From Actinomycetota bacterium (GTDB taxonomy: Bacteria; Actinomycetota; Acidimicrobiia; Acidimicrobiales; Ilumatobacteraceae), in NCBI GenBank assembly GCA_030685215.1, contig JAUXQB010000278.1:2599-66598 (forward strand): a stretch of DNA of 64,000 nucleotides, read 5' to 3'. The notes under the pieces were generated by a model that was not told the origin of the DNA, made no database searches, and saw only the letters and a list, made by a program, of their open reading frames with translations. Positions 43,066-52,928 of this stretch are shown here, piece after piece. A program made the position numbers and the translations under genes. Position 1 is the stretch's first letter. The number at the start of each line of letters is the position of its first letter.

Positions 43066-44129
43066 CAGCGTGCTCCTACCTTCTGCTCGGCCAACTGGGC
43101 GCTGCGCTCGCGGTGCACCGGCGAACCCACCGGGTACCAGCAGGCGTACATGTGCTCGGGGTGCTCGGCAGTCATCAGCGGTGGTTCCTCTTCGATGCAG
43201 CGAGACTGGGCGAACGAGCAGCGCGGTGCGAACCGGCAGCCCTTCGGCGGGTTGACCAGGTCGGGTGGGCGACCGGGGATGACGTTGAGTCGAGTGTGGC
43301 TGGGGTCTTCGATCTTGGGGATGCTGTTCAGCAGTGCCTCGGTGTACGGCATCTTCATGTTCGCGAACAGCACGCGGGTGGGTGCCTTCTCGACCAGCTT
43401 GCCGCCGTACATGACCGCGATCTCGTCGGTGTGGCCGGCGACCACGCCCAGGTCGTGGGTGACCAGGATGACCGACATGTTGCGGTCGCGGCGCTGTTCG
43501 TTGATGACCTCGAGGATCTGCGCCTGCACCGTCACGTCGAGCGCGGTGGTGGGCTCGTCGGCGAACAGCAGCGTGGGGCCGCACGACATGGCCAGCGCGA
43601 TCATCACGCGTTGGCGCATACCGCCGCTGAGCTCGAACGCGTACTGATCGAGCCGCTTCTCCGGCTCGGGGATGCGCACGTCCTGCAGCAGCTTCAGCGC
43701 GGTGGCGCGAGCGTCGTCGTTGCTCATCCCGAGGTGGATCTTCAGGCCCTCTCCGAGTTGCTTGCCGACCCGCATGACCGGGTTGAGCGAGGTCATCGGG
43801 TCCTGGAAGATCATCGACATCTCCCGGCCCCAGATCTTGCGCCGCTCGCTGAGCGACAGGTCGATGATCTCCTGGCCCTCGAACAGCACGGAACCGGAAC
43901 GCTCGGTGTTGCGCTTCGGCAGCAACCCCATGATGGAGCGCGAGAGCACGGTCTTGCCCGAGCCCGACTCGCCGACCACGCCCAGCGAACGCCCACGAGT
44001 GAGCGAGAAGCTGACGCCGTCGACGGCCTTGACCAAGCCTCGATCGGTGCGGAACGCGGTGCGCAGGTCAGTGACCTGCAGCAGCGGTCCGTCGACCTGG
44101 CGGGATGCAGCCTGTGTCTGTGGGCTCAT
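43065..44129 (-). CDS. oligopeptide/dipeptide ABC transporter ATP-binding protein (OppD/DppD-like)
   Basis: 'GESGSGKT', 'LSGGMRQR', '[12 protein letters not shown]', 'GCRFAPRC'. ATG 44129 overlaps the upstream stop (ATGA). Confidence 0.9.
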   Translation of the reverse strand: MSPQTQAASRQVDGPLLQVTDLRTAFRTDRGLVKAVDGVSFSLTRGRSLGVVGESGSGKTVLSRSIMGLLPKRNTERSGSVLFEGQEIIDLSLSERRKIWGREMSMIFQDPMTSLNPVMRVGKQLGEGLKIHLGMSNDDARATALKLLQDVRIPEPEKRLDQYAFELSGGMRQRVMIALAMSCGPTLLFADEPTTALDVTVQAQILEVINEQRRDRNMSVILVTHDLGVVAGHTDEIAVMYGGKLVEKAPTRVLFANMKMPYTEALLNSIPKIEDPSHTRLNVIPGRPPDLVNPPKGCRFAPRCSFAQSRCIEEEPPLMTAEHPEHMYACWYPVGSPVHRERSAQLAEQKVGAR

Positions 44130-45142
44130 CCGATGGCCTCCCGGGAGTTGAAGCGCTGTGCGAGCACGTCGCCGAGCAGGTTGATGGAGAGCACGGTGAG
44201 GAACATCACGAACGCCGGCATCAGCGAGATCCACCACGCGCCGTTGCGCAGCGGCTCGGAGCCGGCGGCGATCATCGCGCCCCACGTGGGCACCGGTGCC
44301 TCGACCGACAGACCGAGGAAGGCGAGGCCGCCCTCGGCGACGATGAGGATGGCGAGACCGGTGAGCGCGAACGACAGCAAGGTGGGCACGATGTTGGGCA
44401 GGATCTCGCGGAACAGGATGCGGCTGCCCTTCGCCCCCAGGCTGCGCGCGGCGACCACGAAGTCGCGCTGCGCGTAGGCGATGGTGTTCGCGCGCACGAG
44501 CCGCGTGAGCGGTGGGATAGAGAGCACGACCAACGCGAGGATGATGGGCCAGAGTGGTCGTGAGTTGGCCGCCCCGGTGGTGTTGGGGTCGTTGAAGAAC
44601 GTGACCAGGAAGATCGCGAGCAGCAGCGCCGGGAACGCCAACATGACGTTCGATATGTTCTCGATCACCGTGTCGACCTTTCCGCGGAAGTACCCCGCGA
44701 TCATGCCGAGGAACGTGCCGATGGCTAGACCGAAGGTGATGGCGAGACCGGCGATGATGAGCGAGTTGCGAGCGCCGAGCATCGAGCGGGAGAAGATGTC
44801 GAAGCCGTTCTTGTCGGTGCCCATCAGGCCCATGCGCTCGGGGGCGCCGTTCACCGGCTTGGGGGCCTCGGAGAAGAACGCCCACTTGGGTGGCAGCTGA
44901 CCGAGCAGCAGGCTGCCCTTGACGGCCGTGCTGCACATGCTGTCGCCCGGCTCGCACGAGTGCGGGATGTACGGCAGCGAGTTGGCGCCGATGGCGCTGA
45001 TGGTGATGAACGCGAGCCACCCGATGGCGAGCCACTTGGTGATGCGTCCGCGGCGCTTGACCTTCACCTTCTTGACCGGAGCGTCGGCGAGGACGGGGAC
45101 CTCGGGAGCGTGTTCGTCGGTGACGACGTCGATGTCGGTCAT
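44126..45142 (-). CDS. ABC transporter permease (OppC/DppC-like)
   Basis: BPD_transp_1-type membrane protein: 'GTDKNGFDIFSR' N-terminal motif and an EAA-like loop 'YAQRDFVVAARSLGA'. ATG 45142 lies 5 nt after the upstream stop. Confidence 0.88.
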   Translation of the reverse strand: MTDIDVVTDEHAPEVPVLADAPVKKVKVKRRGRITKWLAIGWLAFITISAIGANSLPYIPHSCEPGDSMCSTAVKGSLLLGQLPPKWAFFSEAPKPVNGAPERMGLMGTDKNGFDIFSRSMLGARNSLIIAGLAITFGLAIGTFLGMIAGYFRGKVDTVIENISNVMLAFPALLLAIFLVTFFNDPNTTGAANSRPLWPIILALVVLSIPPLTRLVRANTIAYAQRDFVVAARSLGAKGSRILFREILPNIVPTLLSFALTGLAILIVAEGGLAFLGLSVEAPVPTWGAMIAAGSEPLRNGAWWISLMPAFVMFLTVLSINLLGDVLAQRFNSREAIG

Positions 45143-45146
45143 GGCA

Positions 45147-46112
45147 TTACCCCAGCGCCCTGGCGGCGCGCACTCTCGGGTCGATCCAGGCGTAGGCGAG
45201 GTCGACGAAGAAGTTGGCGAAGATGTAGATGAGCGCAAGGATCACCACGGCGTACTGCACCGTCGGGTACTCGCGACGGAAGATGCTCTCGACGGTGAGG
45301 CGGCCCATGCCGTTGAGCAGGAAGAACTGCTCGACGATGACCACGCCACCCATCAGTGCGCCGATGTTGACCGCGGCCGAGGTGACGATGGAGAACAGCG
45401 AAGGCCGCAGCGCGTGCTTGAACAGCAGCGGACCGGTGCCCACGCCCTTGGCGCGTGCGGTGGTGATGAAGTCGTTCTGCAACGTGCCGATCACGTCGGC
45501 TCTGAGCACCCGCATGTAGCCCGCGTAGAGCGGGATGGCGATAGTGAGCGACGGCAGCACGAACGCTTTGAAGTGCGCGACGGGGTCGTCGAAGATGCTG
45601 GTGTAGATGGACGGGTAGGGGATGAACTTGGTGTTGACGCTGAACAGCAGGATGAGCACCGGTGCCACGATGAAGTTGGGCATGCTGAGCATCGCGAACG
45701 CCGACGTGCTGGCGGCACGGTCGAAACGCGAGTTCTGCTTGTAGGCCGACCAGACCGCGGTGGGAACTGCCAGCGAGAGGGCGACGAACTGGCCGTAGAT
45801 CATCAGGTAGAGGCTGACGGGCAGTGCCCGCTTCACCTCGGTGGCGATGGACTGGTTCGTCTGGAACGTGTTGCCCCAGTTGCCGGTGACGAAGTCCGTC
45901 ATCCACGAGAAGTACTGCGTGTACCACGGCTTGTCGAGGCCGAGCTCCTTGATGACGGCCTGGGCTTGTTCAGGGGTGGCGCCCGGCCCCGTCTTGAGGG
46001 CAACGATGACATCGGTGCCGCCCGGGAGGAACCGGAGCGCAATGGAGGTGAGGAAGGTGACCACCACCACGACGAATATGGTTTGCGCGAGCTTGCGAAG
46101 CACATATCGCAT
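45147..46112 (-). CDS. ABC transporter permease (OppB/DppB-like)
   Basis: 'MRYVLRKLAQTIFVVVVV' start and EAA loop 'DFITTARAKGV'. 321 aa. Confidence 0.88.
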   Translation of the reverse strand: MRYVLRKLAQTIFVVVVVTFLTSIALRFLPGGTDVIVALKTGPGATPEQAQAVIKELGLDKPWYTQYFSWMTDFVTGNWGNTFQTNQSIATEVKRALPVSLYLMIYGQFVALSLAVPTAVWSAYKQNSRFDRAASTSAFAMLSMPNFIVAPVLILLFSVNTKFIPYPSIYTSIFDDPVAHFKAFVLPSLTIAIPLYAGYMRVLRADVIGTLQNDFITTARAKGVGTGPLLFKHALRPSLFSIVTSAAVNIGALMGGVVIVEQFFLLNGMGRLTVESIFRREYPTVQYAVVILALIYIFANFFVDLAYAWIDPRVRAARALG

Positions 46113-46176
46113 ACGTGGTGGTGGCCCCTTCTCTTCTGTGAGTTACGTGTTGGTGGTGATCAGTGAACCGCGAGGG

Positions 46177-47931
46177 TCACTGCTGGACCCAGAGGGTCAT
46201 CGGGAAGAAGGTGCCGGCGATGCCTGCACCGAACTCGACGGCCGTGCCATCGGGAAGGTTGAAGCCGACCACGCCCTGGACCTCGGGCTTGTGGATGACC
46301 GACCAGGTGGTGTAGCTGCCCCACAGGTTGTAGCACTGGGTGCCGAACAGCTTGTTGACCTCGATCGCAATCTCTTCCTTGCGGGCCGGGTCGCTGCTGG
46401 CACGGTTCTCCTCGAGCAGCGCGTCGAGCTGCGGGTCGCGGATGCGGCCGAAGTTCAACGCCAGCGAGCCCACTTCGGGAGCGGCGATGGAGTGCCACCA
46501 GTGGAACTGCTGGTCGAGGTCGACGCCACCGTGGTTACGCCACTGGAACACCTGGAAGTTGCCCAGGAGGGCGGTGACGATGTAGTTGCCCTGGTCGATC
46601 TGGTCGATGGTGACCTCGTCGAAACCAGCCTCGACCCACCACTGCTGCTGCTGCTGGGCGATGGTGAGGTTGGTCTGGTCCTGGGTGGTGGCCAGCGACA
46701 GCGTGAGCGGACCCGGGTTCTCGGCACGGTACTCGGCGATCAGCTCCTGAGCCTTGGCCATGTCCTGCGCCTCGGGGAAGCCGGTGCCGTTCTCCATGTA
46801 GCCCGTCTGCGTGGGCGAGAAGGGACCGAACGCGATCTGGTTCACGCCTTCACCGATGGTGTCGATGAGGAGCTGCTGATCAGAGGCGTAGGCCAGTGCG
46901 CAACGAACGCGCACGTCGGTGAGCGGCGAGCCTTCCTGCGTGACGTGCAGGAGGGTGTAGGCGGTCTCGCCGTTGTTGTTGATCTCGACGTACGGGAACT
47001 CGTCGGTGGAGCGCACCTCGTTGATGGTGGCCGCGTTGGTCGTGTGGATGATGTCGACCGTGCCGCTCTTCAGCGCATCGCGGCGGTTGAGGCCGTCGGC
47101 GATGGGCCGGAACTCGATGGAGTCGAGGTACGGGTACGGCTGGTTCCAGTAATCCGGGTTCTTGGTCATCGAGAACACTTCGTTCGGGCGGTAGTCGCCG
47201 TACACGAACGGGCCGGTGCCGACCGGCTTCGAGCGCAGGGTCTCGTCGGTGTCGCTGGCGAGCAGCCACGTGGGCGAGGCCTGGTAGCCACCCTGACCGA
47301 TGATGGAGAACGGGAACGCCGCCCACGAGGTGTTGGTGGCGACGACCGCGGTCATCGGGTCGGCCGGGTCGAGCGTGATCGAGTCGACCGCGCGGAACAC
47401 GTTGCCGGTGAGCACGCCCTGCTTGGCGCGAGTGAGGTTCTCGACGATGGCGGCGCCGTCGAACGGCGTGCCGTCGTGGAAGGTGACACCTTCACGAGCG
47501 GTGATGCGCCACTCGGTGAAGTCCTCGTTGGGCGTGATCGACTCGGCCAGGTACGGGCTCCAGGAGCCTTCGGCGTTGGGAAGTGCCAGTGGGTCGTAGA
47601 TGTTGCGGATGACCTGGTGGCAGGCGATTGCGCAGACCATCTCGCTCGGGCGCCACGGGCTCGACGTGTCGGCCTCGATGGCGAACACGACGTTGCCGCC
47701 GGGCACGGGCTCGATGCCGGCCTCGGTGGTGGGCGGCGGAACGGTGGTGACTTCTGCGGTGGTATCCGATCCGCCGTCGGTTGTGGTGTCGGACCCGCCG
47801 GCCGTGGTCTCGGTTGCTTCGCCGCCGTCGTCGTCGCCGCCGCACGCGGCGCCGATGAGACCTGCAGCAATGGCCAAGGCGGCCAGCATCCGACCCGGCC
47901 TGCGCCGTGACGATGCGTTCAAGTGACCCAT
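46177..47931 (-). CDS. ABC transporter substrate-binding lipoprotein, family 5 (peptide/nickel type)
   Basis: ATG 47931 with a GGGGGA Shine-Dalgarno. Signal peptide plus lipobox 'LIGAAC', a Thr/Asp/Gly-rich linker, then an SBP_bac_5-like body ('WSPYLAESITPNEDFTEW', 'TKNPDYW'). Confidence 0.85.
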   Translation of the reverse strand: MGHLNASSRRRPGRMLAALAIAAGLIGAACGGDDDGGEATETTAGGSDTTTDGGSDTTAEVTTVPPPTTEAGIEPVPGGNVVFAIEADTSSPWRPSEMVCAIACHQVIRNIYDPLALPNAEGSWSPYLAESITPNEDFTEWRITAREGVTFHDGTPFDGAAIVENLTRAKQGVLTGNVFRAVDSITLDPADPMTAVVATNTSWAAFPFSIIGQGGYQASPTWLLASDTDETLRSKPVGTGPFVYGDYRPNEVFSMTKNPDYWNQPYPYLDSIEFRPIADGLNRRDALKSGTVDIIHTTNAATINEVRSTDEFPYVEINNNGETAYTLLHVTQEGSPLTDVRVRCALAYASDQQLLIDTIGEGVNQIAFGPFSPTQTGYMENGTGFPEAQDMAKAQELIAEYRAENPGPLTLSLATTQDQTNLTIAQQQQQWWVEAGFDEVTIDQIDQGNYIVTALLGNFQVFQWRNHGGVDLDQQFHWWHSIAAPEVGSLALNFGRIRDPQLDALLEENRASSDPARKEEIAIEVNKLFGTQCYNLWGSYTTWSVIHKPEVQGVVGFNLPDGTAVEFGAGIAGTFFPMTLWVQQ

Positions 47932-47988
47932 CCTGTTCCCCCAGTTCGTTGATGTGAAGTACTCATGTCCGAGGCGTGCGAAACGGTC

Positions 47989-48008
47989 GGTGTGACCCCC
48001 ATCACACC
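47989..48008. promoter_or_regulatory. perfect 7-bp inverted repeat GGTGTGA-N6-TCACACC (operator-like)
   Basis: Lies 58-77 nt upstream of the SBP start, in the divergent spacer. A related GGTGACC follows at 48011-48017. Confidence 0.3.
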
Positions 48009-48070
48009 TCGGTGACCGCACCTTAGCCACAACGGTGCAGGCTCGGGCAACACGGAGGTACCGTCATCGT

Positions 48071-48307
48071 GTGACAGCCCGACGCGTCGACGGACTCACC
48101 GTGCCACTGCCTCGCCGGTACTCGTCACGGCACCGCGGATACGACCGCGGCATGGCCGCGCACGCCGCCGCGGTGGCCGCCGGCATGCCCACCTACCGTG
48201 ACCCGATCACCGGCAACACGGTGTTCACCGCAGTGTTCCTGGCGGATCGCGGCTACTGCTGCGAGAGCGGCTGCCGGCACTGCCCGTACTCGCCGGGCGG
48301 CAGGTGA
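48071..48307 (+). CDS. small Cys-rich protein, DUF5522-like
   Basis: C-terminal 'DPITGNTVFTAVFLADRGYCCESGCRHCPY' matches the DUF5522-type motif. Start uncertain: GTG 48071 is 12 nt after a GGAGG; the track start is GTG 48035. Confidence 0.55.
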   Translation: MTARRVDGLTVPLPRRYSSRHRGYDRGMAAHAAAVAAGMPTYRDPITGNTVFTAVFLADRGYCCESGCRHCPYSPGGR

Positions 48308-48321
48308 ACAGGCTCGCCCGC

Positions 48322-48327
48322 TAGCGT
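48322..48327 (+). promoter_or_regulatory. -10-like hexamer TAGCGT, 7 nt upstream of ATG 48335
   Basis: TANNNT motif. Confidence 0.35.
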
Positions 48328-48334
48328 CGCCCGC

Positions 48335-49147
48335 ATGGCCAACGACACTCTCGCCTCGCTCCGCGTCGCCCCCGCCAAGCCGTTCTCGCTCCGGCAGCAC
48401 GACCCCGGCGACACGTTGGGCTGGAACAAGGAGGCCGCGGAGACCGAACTGGAAGCGGTGAAGCTGCGCCTCGACGCGCTGCAGGTGCGGCTGTTCGCCG
48501 AGGAGCGCCGCAGCGTGCTGCTGGTGCTGCAGGCGATGGACGCGGCCGGCAAGGACGGCACCATCCGCAACATCCTGTCGGGGCTCAACCCGGCCGGCTT
48601 CCACGTCACCGGCTTCGGCGTTCCCGGCGGTCCCGAGACGCAGCACGACTACCTGTGGCGGGTCCACGAGATGGTGCCGCGGAAGGGCGTCATCGGCATC
48701 TTCAACCGCAGTCACTACGAAGACGTGCTCGTGGTGCGCGTGAAGAACTTCGTGCCCCGCTCGGTGTGGTCGAAGCGGTTCGATCACATCCGCGACTTCG
48801 AGCGCATGCTCGGCGACGAAGGCACCACCGTCGTCAAGTGCTTCCTCTACGTCTCGAAGGACGAGCAACGCGAACGGCTGCAGGAGCGCGTCGACGACCC
48901 CGAGAAGCGGTGGAAGTTCCGCCTCGGCGACCTCGACGACCGCACGCTGTGGCCGAAGTACCAGAAGGCCTACGAGGATGCGATCGGGCGCACCAGCACA
49001 GCGGCGGCGCCGTGGTACGTGGTACCGGCCGACCGCAACTGGGTGCGCAACCTGGCGGTGGCCAAGATCCTGCTGCACCACCTCGAGCGCCTGGACCCGC
49101 AGCTGCCCGAGCCGGAGGAAGGCATCGAGGGCGTCGTCGTCCGCTGA
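48335..49147 (+). CDS. ppk2: polyphosphate kinase 2 family (polyphosphate:nucleotide phosphotransferase)
   Basis: 'VLLVLQAMDAAGKDGTIR' (P-loop), 'FNRSHYEDVLVVRV', 'PWYVVPADRNWVRN' are PPK2 signatures. 270 aa, single domain. Confidence 0.88.
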   Translation: MANDTLASLRVAPAKPFSLRQHDPGDTLGWNKEAAETELEAVKLRLDALQVRLFAEERRSVLLVLQAMDAAGKDGTIRNILSGLNPAGFHVTGFGVPGGPETQHDYLWRVHEMVPRKGVIGIFNRSHYEDVLVVRVKNFVPRSVWSKRFDHIRDFERMLGDEGTTVVKCFLYVSKDEQRERLQERVDDPEKRWKFRLGDLDDRTLWPKYQKAYEDAIGRTSTAAAPWYVVPADRNWVRNLAVAKILLHHLERLDPQLPEPEEGIEGVVVR

Positions 49148-49219
49148 CGATGCTCGCTCCCGGCGTCAGATGTGACACGGCGTTCACGCGGAAAGCGGGT
49201 CGCACCCATTGACGAAATG

Positions 49220-49225
49220 TAAAGT
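49220..49225 (+). promoter_or_regulatory. -10-like hexamer TAAAGT in an AT-rich patch, 9 nt upstream of ATG 49235
   Basis: 'CATTGACGAAATGTAAAGTCCTCACACC' is conspicuously AT-rich for this genome. Confidence 0.4.
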
Positions 49226-49234
49226 CCTCACACC

Positions 49235-50086
49235 ATGTCGGTGATCGTCCCTCTCACGCTGCACGACGCGCTGCAGGCGCTCGCCGAGGCGCCCGATGCC
49301 ACGCTGCTCGCCGGCGGCACCGACCTCATGGTCGAGCTCAACGCCGGCCACCGTCAGGTCACCGACGTCGTCTCGCTGAGCCGCGTGGCCGACCTGTGCA
49401 CGTGGCAGCACGACCCGGTGCGACAGGTGCTCACGTTGGGGGCCGGCATCACCTATGCCGAGATCGCCACCGAGCCCATCGCCCAGTGGGTTCCCGCACT
49501 GGCGCAGGCGGCGCGCACGGTCGGTTCGCCGCAGATCCGCAACGCCGCCACCATCGGCGGCAACCTCGGTACGTGCTCGCCCGCCGGCGACGGGCTGCCG
49601 GTGCTCTCGGCGCTCGAGGCGGTGGTGCACCTGCGTTCGGCCACCGGCAGTCGCGATCTGCCGTTCGACGAGTTCATGGTCGGCCCGAAGCGCACCGCCC
49701 GACTGCCGGGCGAGCTCATCACCGGTGTGTCGGTGCCGGTGCTCGACGGTTGGCAGGGGTACAGCAAGGTCGGTGTGCGCAACGCGATGGTCATCGCCAC
49801 CGCCAGCGTGGCGCTCGTCACCGATCCTGCCGCACGACGCGTGCGCCTCGCGCTCGGCTCCGTCGGACCGGTCATCCTCCGTTGCCCCGAGGCCGAGGCG
49901 GCGGCTGCCACAGCCGTCGACTTCCACGCGGCCAGCGTCTCCGACAGCGCCGTCGAGCACTTCGCCGAGCTGGCCCGCGCTGCGGCCCGTCCCATCGACG
50001 ATCACCGTTCCACCGCCGCCTATCGCCGCCACGCCGTCGGCGTGCTGGCCGGTCGACTGCTGCGAAAGGCGTTCCCCAATGGCTGA
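49235..50086 (+). CDS. molybdenum hydroxylase FAD-binding subunit (CoxM/XdhB-like)
   Basis: 'LLAGGTDLMVELN', 'IRNAATIGGNL', C-terminal 'STAAYRRH' (CO_deh_flav_C). Confidence 0.85.
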   Translation: MSVIVPLTLHDALQALAEAPDATLLAGGTDLMVELNAGHRQVTDVVSLSRVADLCTWQHDPVRQVLTLGAGITYAEIATEPIAQWVPALAQAARTVGSPQIRNAATIGGNLGTCSPAGDGLPVLSALEAVVHLRSATGSRDLPFDEFMVGPKRTARLPGELITGVSVPVLDGWQGYSKVGVRNAMVIATASVALVTDPAARRVRLALGSVGPVILRCPEAEAAAATAVDFHAASVSDSAVEHFAELARAAARPIDDHRSTAAYRRHAVGVLAGRLLRKAFPNG

Positions 50087-50582
50087 CCCGATGGGCCACC
50101 ACGAGCAGTACGCGTTGCACGTGAACGGGCACACGCTCGAGGTGCGCGATGCGTGGCTGGGCGAGAGCCTGCTCTACGTGCTGCGCGAACGGCTCGGGCT
50201 GATGGGCAGCAAGGGCGCGTGCGAGCAGGGTGAGTGCGGCTCGTGCAGCGTCACGGTCGACGGCCGCTTGGTGTGCAGTTGTCTCGTGCTCGCGGCCACC
50301 GCGGTGGGGCAACAGATCGTCACCATCGAGGGCGTCGCTCCGGTCGGCTCGCCGAGCGACGTGCAACAGGCGTTCGTCGACGCGGGTGCCGTGCAGTGCG
50401 GGTTCTGCACCCCTGGGCTCATCATGGCTGCGCACTCGCTGCTCGAGCGTTCGCCCGAGCCCACCGAGATGGAGATCCGCGAAGAGCTCTCCGGCAACAT
50501 CTGTCGCTGCACCGGCTACGGCCGCATCATCGACGCGGTGCAACGAGTCGCCGTGTCGCGGCGCGACGGCGGTGCACGATGA
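50079..50582 (+). CDS. molybdenum hydroxylase (2Fe-2S) subunit (CoxS/XdhC-small-like)
   Basis: 'CEQGECGSCSV' and 'QCGFCTPG...CRCTGY' are the two [2Fe-2S] clusters. The ATG overlaps the upstream gene by 8 nt. Confidence 0.9.
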   Translation: MADPMGHHEQYALHVNGHTLEVRDAWLGESLLYVLRERLGLMGSKGACEQGECGSCSVTVDGRLVCSCLVLAATAVGQQIVTIEGVAPVGSPSDVQQAFVDAGAVQCGFCTPGLIMAAHSLLERSPEPTEMEIREELSGNICRCTGYGRIIDAVQRVAVSRRDGGAR

Positions 50583-52855
50583 CCGAGGCACCGGTTCGCG
50601 ACCAGCTGCGCGGTCGGCTCGGCGACAGCATCGGCCGTCCCGACGGCGTCGCCAAGGTGCAGGGTTCGTTCGAGTTCTCCGGCGACCTCACCGCCGACGG
50701 CTTCCTGTGGGGCGCCACGCTGCGCTCGCCGCACCCGCACGCGCGCATCGTCCGCATCGACCTCTCCGGCGCGTGGCGCATCAGCGGCGTCGAGGCGGTG
50801 GTCACGGCCGACGATGTCCCCGGCAAGGCCACCTACGGGCTGATCAGCGACGACCAGCCGGTGTTCGCCCGCGACGTCGTGCGCTACGTCGGCGAGCCCG
50901 TCGCAGCCGTCGCTGCCGACCACCCCGACACGTGCCGGCGCGCACTCGCCGCCATCGTGGTGGAGTACGAGCTGCTCGCGCCGCTCACCGACCCAGAGCG
51001 CGCCATCGACGGCTCGCACGAGCCCATCCACCCGTTGGGCAACGTGGTTCGTCATCAGCGCATCGTGCGTGGCGATCAGACCATCGAAGGCCCGGTCGTG
51101 GTGGAAGGCACGTACCACCTCGGCATGCAGGACCAGGCGTTCCTCGGACTGGAAGCCGCGCTGGCGGTGCCCGATCCCGGTAGCGACGGTGTCGAGCTGT
51201 TCGTCGCCACCCAGTGGTTGCACGAGGACCGCAAGCAGATCGCCGCCTGCCTGGGCTTCGCCGAGGAGAAGGTTCGCCTCACGCTCGGCGGCGTGGGCGG
51301 GGCGTTCGGTGCGCGCGAAGACATCAGCCTGCAGGTGCATGCGTGCCTGCTCGCGCTGCGCACCAGCCGTCCGGTGCGCATGGCCTACGGCCGCGAGGAG
51401 AGCTTCCTCGGTCACGTGCATCGGCACCCGTGCACCGTCTTCATGCGCCACCACGCGCACCCTGACGGCCGCATCCGTCGCATCGAGGCTCGCTTCGTGT
51501 TCGACGGTGGCGCCTACGCGTCCACGTCGTCGGCGGTGCTCATCAACGGCATCACGCACGCGCAGGGGCCGTACAAGTGCGAGCACGCCACGGTCGACGG
51601 GTGGGCGGTGCGCACCAACAACCTGCCGTGCGGCGCGATGCGAGGGTTCGGTGTGGTGCAGGCCTGCTTCGCGCACGAGGGCCAGATGGACAAGCTCGCT
51701 GCCGCGGTCGGGCTCGACCCGGTGGAGATCCGACTGCTCAACGCGATGGAGACCGGCGACACGCTCATCACCGGTCAGGTCATCGAGAACGTCGCGCCAG
51801 TGGCGCGCTGCATCACCGAGACCGCCGCGCTGCCGTTGCCCTCCGAGCCGGTGGGTGGCCACGACGGCGACCCGCTGCGGCTACCCGGCGGGTCGGGCCT
51901 CACCGCCGATCGCAGCCACATCCGGCGCGGCATCGGGTGGGGTGTTGCCATCAAGAACCTGATGTACAGCGAGGCGTTCGACGACTACTCCACCGCGCGA
52001 GTGCGCCTCATCGACGGTGTCGCCTCGGTGAAGTTCGCCACCTCCGAGGTCGGGCAGGGCTTCGTCACCATCGCCGGGCAGATCGCTCGCTCCGTGCTCG
52101 GCGTCGACGAGGTGATCATCGAGCCCATCGACACCAGCGTCGGTTCCGCCGGGTCCACCTCGGCGTCGCGGCAGACGTGGATGAGCGGCGGCGCCGTCGA
52201 CGGTGCGTGCCGCCTCGTGCGCGAGCGACTGTTCGAACGCGTGGGTGCGGCGAACGACATCGACCCGCTGCGCCTGGCCATCGACGGCACCGACGTGGTC
52301 GACACCGAGGGCACGCTGCGAGTGCCGGTGGTGGAGGCGTCGGCCGGCGACCCGATCGACGAGACCTTCGAGCACCACCATCGGCCCACGGAGGATCTCG
52401 ACGAGAACGGCCAGGGCAACTGCCACACCGCGTTCGCGTTCGTGGCGCACCGTGCGGTGGTCGATGTCGACCCGGAGTTGGGCCTGGTGAAGGTGGTGCA
52501 GATCGCCACCGCGCAGGACGTCGGTCGCGCCCTCAACCCGCTCAGCGTGGTCGGGCAGATCGAAGGCGGCATCGCCCAGGGCCTCGGCCTGGCCGTGATG
52601 GAGGAGATCATCCTCGTCGACGGGCACGTGCGCAACGCCAGCTTCACCGACTACCTGTTGCCCACGTTCCTCGACATGCCCGATGTGGTGATCTCGCTGA
52701 TCGAGGAGCCGGATCCGATGGCGCCGCTGGGCGCGAAGGGCGTGGGCGAGCCGCCCACCATCTCGTCCACCCCCGCGGTGGTGGCGGCCATTCGCGACGC
52801 GCTCGGCAAAGACCTCGCGCGGGTACCCGTGCGCCCCAGCGACATCTGCCTCTGA
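50579..52855 (+). CDS. molybdenum hydroxylase molybdopterin-binding large subunit (xanthine dehydrogenase family)
   Basis: ATG overlaps the upstream stop (ATGA). 'GRPDGVAKVQGSFEFSGD', 'YVGEPVAAVAA', 'GGVGGAFGARED', 'GAKGVGEPPT'. The substrate cannot be determined from sequence alone. Confidence 0.88.
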   Translation: MTEAPVRDQLRGRLGDSIGRPDGVAKVQGSFEFSGDLTADGFLWGATLRSPHPHARIVRIDLSGAWRISGVEAVVTADDVPGKATYGLISDDQPVFARDVVRYVGEPVAAVAADHPDTCRRALAAIVVEYELLAPLTDPERAIDGSHEPIHPLGNVVRHQRIVRGDQTIEGPVVVEGTYHLGMQDQAFLGLEAALAVPDPGSDGVELFVATQWLHEDRKQIAACLGFAEEKVRLTLGGVGGAFGAREDISLQVHACLLALRTSRPVRMAYGREESFLGHVHRHPCTVFMRHHAHPDGRIRRIEARFVFDGGAYASTSSAVLINGITHAQGPYKCEHATVDGWAVRTNNLPCGAMRGFGVVQACFAHEGQMDKLAAAVGLDPVEIRLLNAMETGDTLITGQVIENVAPVARCITETAALPLPSEPVGGHDGDPLRLPGGSGLTADRSHIRRGIGWGVAIKNLMYSEAFDDYSTARVRLIDGVASVKFATSEVGQGFVTIAGQIARSVLGVDEVIIEPIDTSVGSAGSTSASRQTWMSGGAVDGACRLVRERLFERVGAANDIDPLRLAIDGTDVVDTEGTLRVPVVEASAGDPIDETFEHHHRPTEDLDENGQGNCHTAFAFVAHRAVVDVDPELGLVKVVQIATAQDVGRALNPLSVVGQIEGGIAQGLGLAVMEEIILVDGHVRNASFTDYLLPTFLDMPDVVISLIEEPDPMAPLGAKGVGEPPTISSTPAVVAAIRDALGKDLARVPVRPSDICL

Positions 52856-52915
52856 CCCGCTGACCGCCTTGCGGGCGGTGCGGCGGTGCTCTTCGTGACC
52901 GTGGTGGCGATCGGT

Positions 52916-52921
52916 TAGGTT
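52916..52921 (+). promoter_or_regulatory. -10-like hexamer TAGGTT, 7 nt upstream of GTG 52929
   Basis: TANNNT motif. Confidence 0.35.
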
Positions 52922-52928
52922 TCCTTGC

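Noticed and set aside
45841-47910. 689-aa plus-strand ORF
   Set aside because: It is antisense to the family-5 SBP gene, which has a Shine-Dalgarno sequence, a signal peptide, a lipobox and SBP motifs. The antisense product is a Gly/Val/Asp/Arg-rich shadow ORF.
49209-49214. TTGACG as a -35 box for the molybdenum-hydroxylase operon
   Set aside because: It lies only 5 nt from the TAAAGT -10-like hexamer, far from the ~17-nt spacing needed. Only the -10 element is reported.
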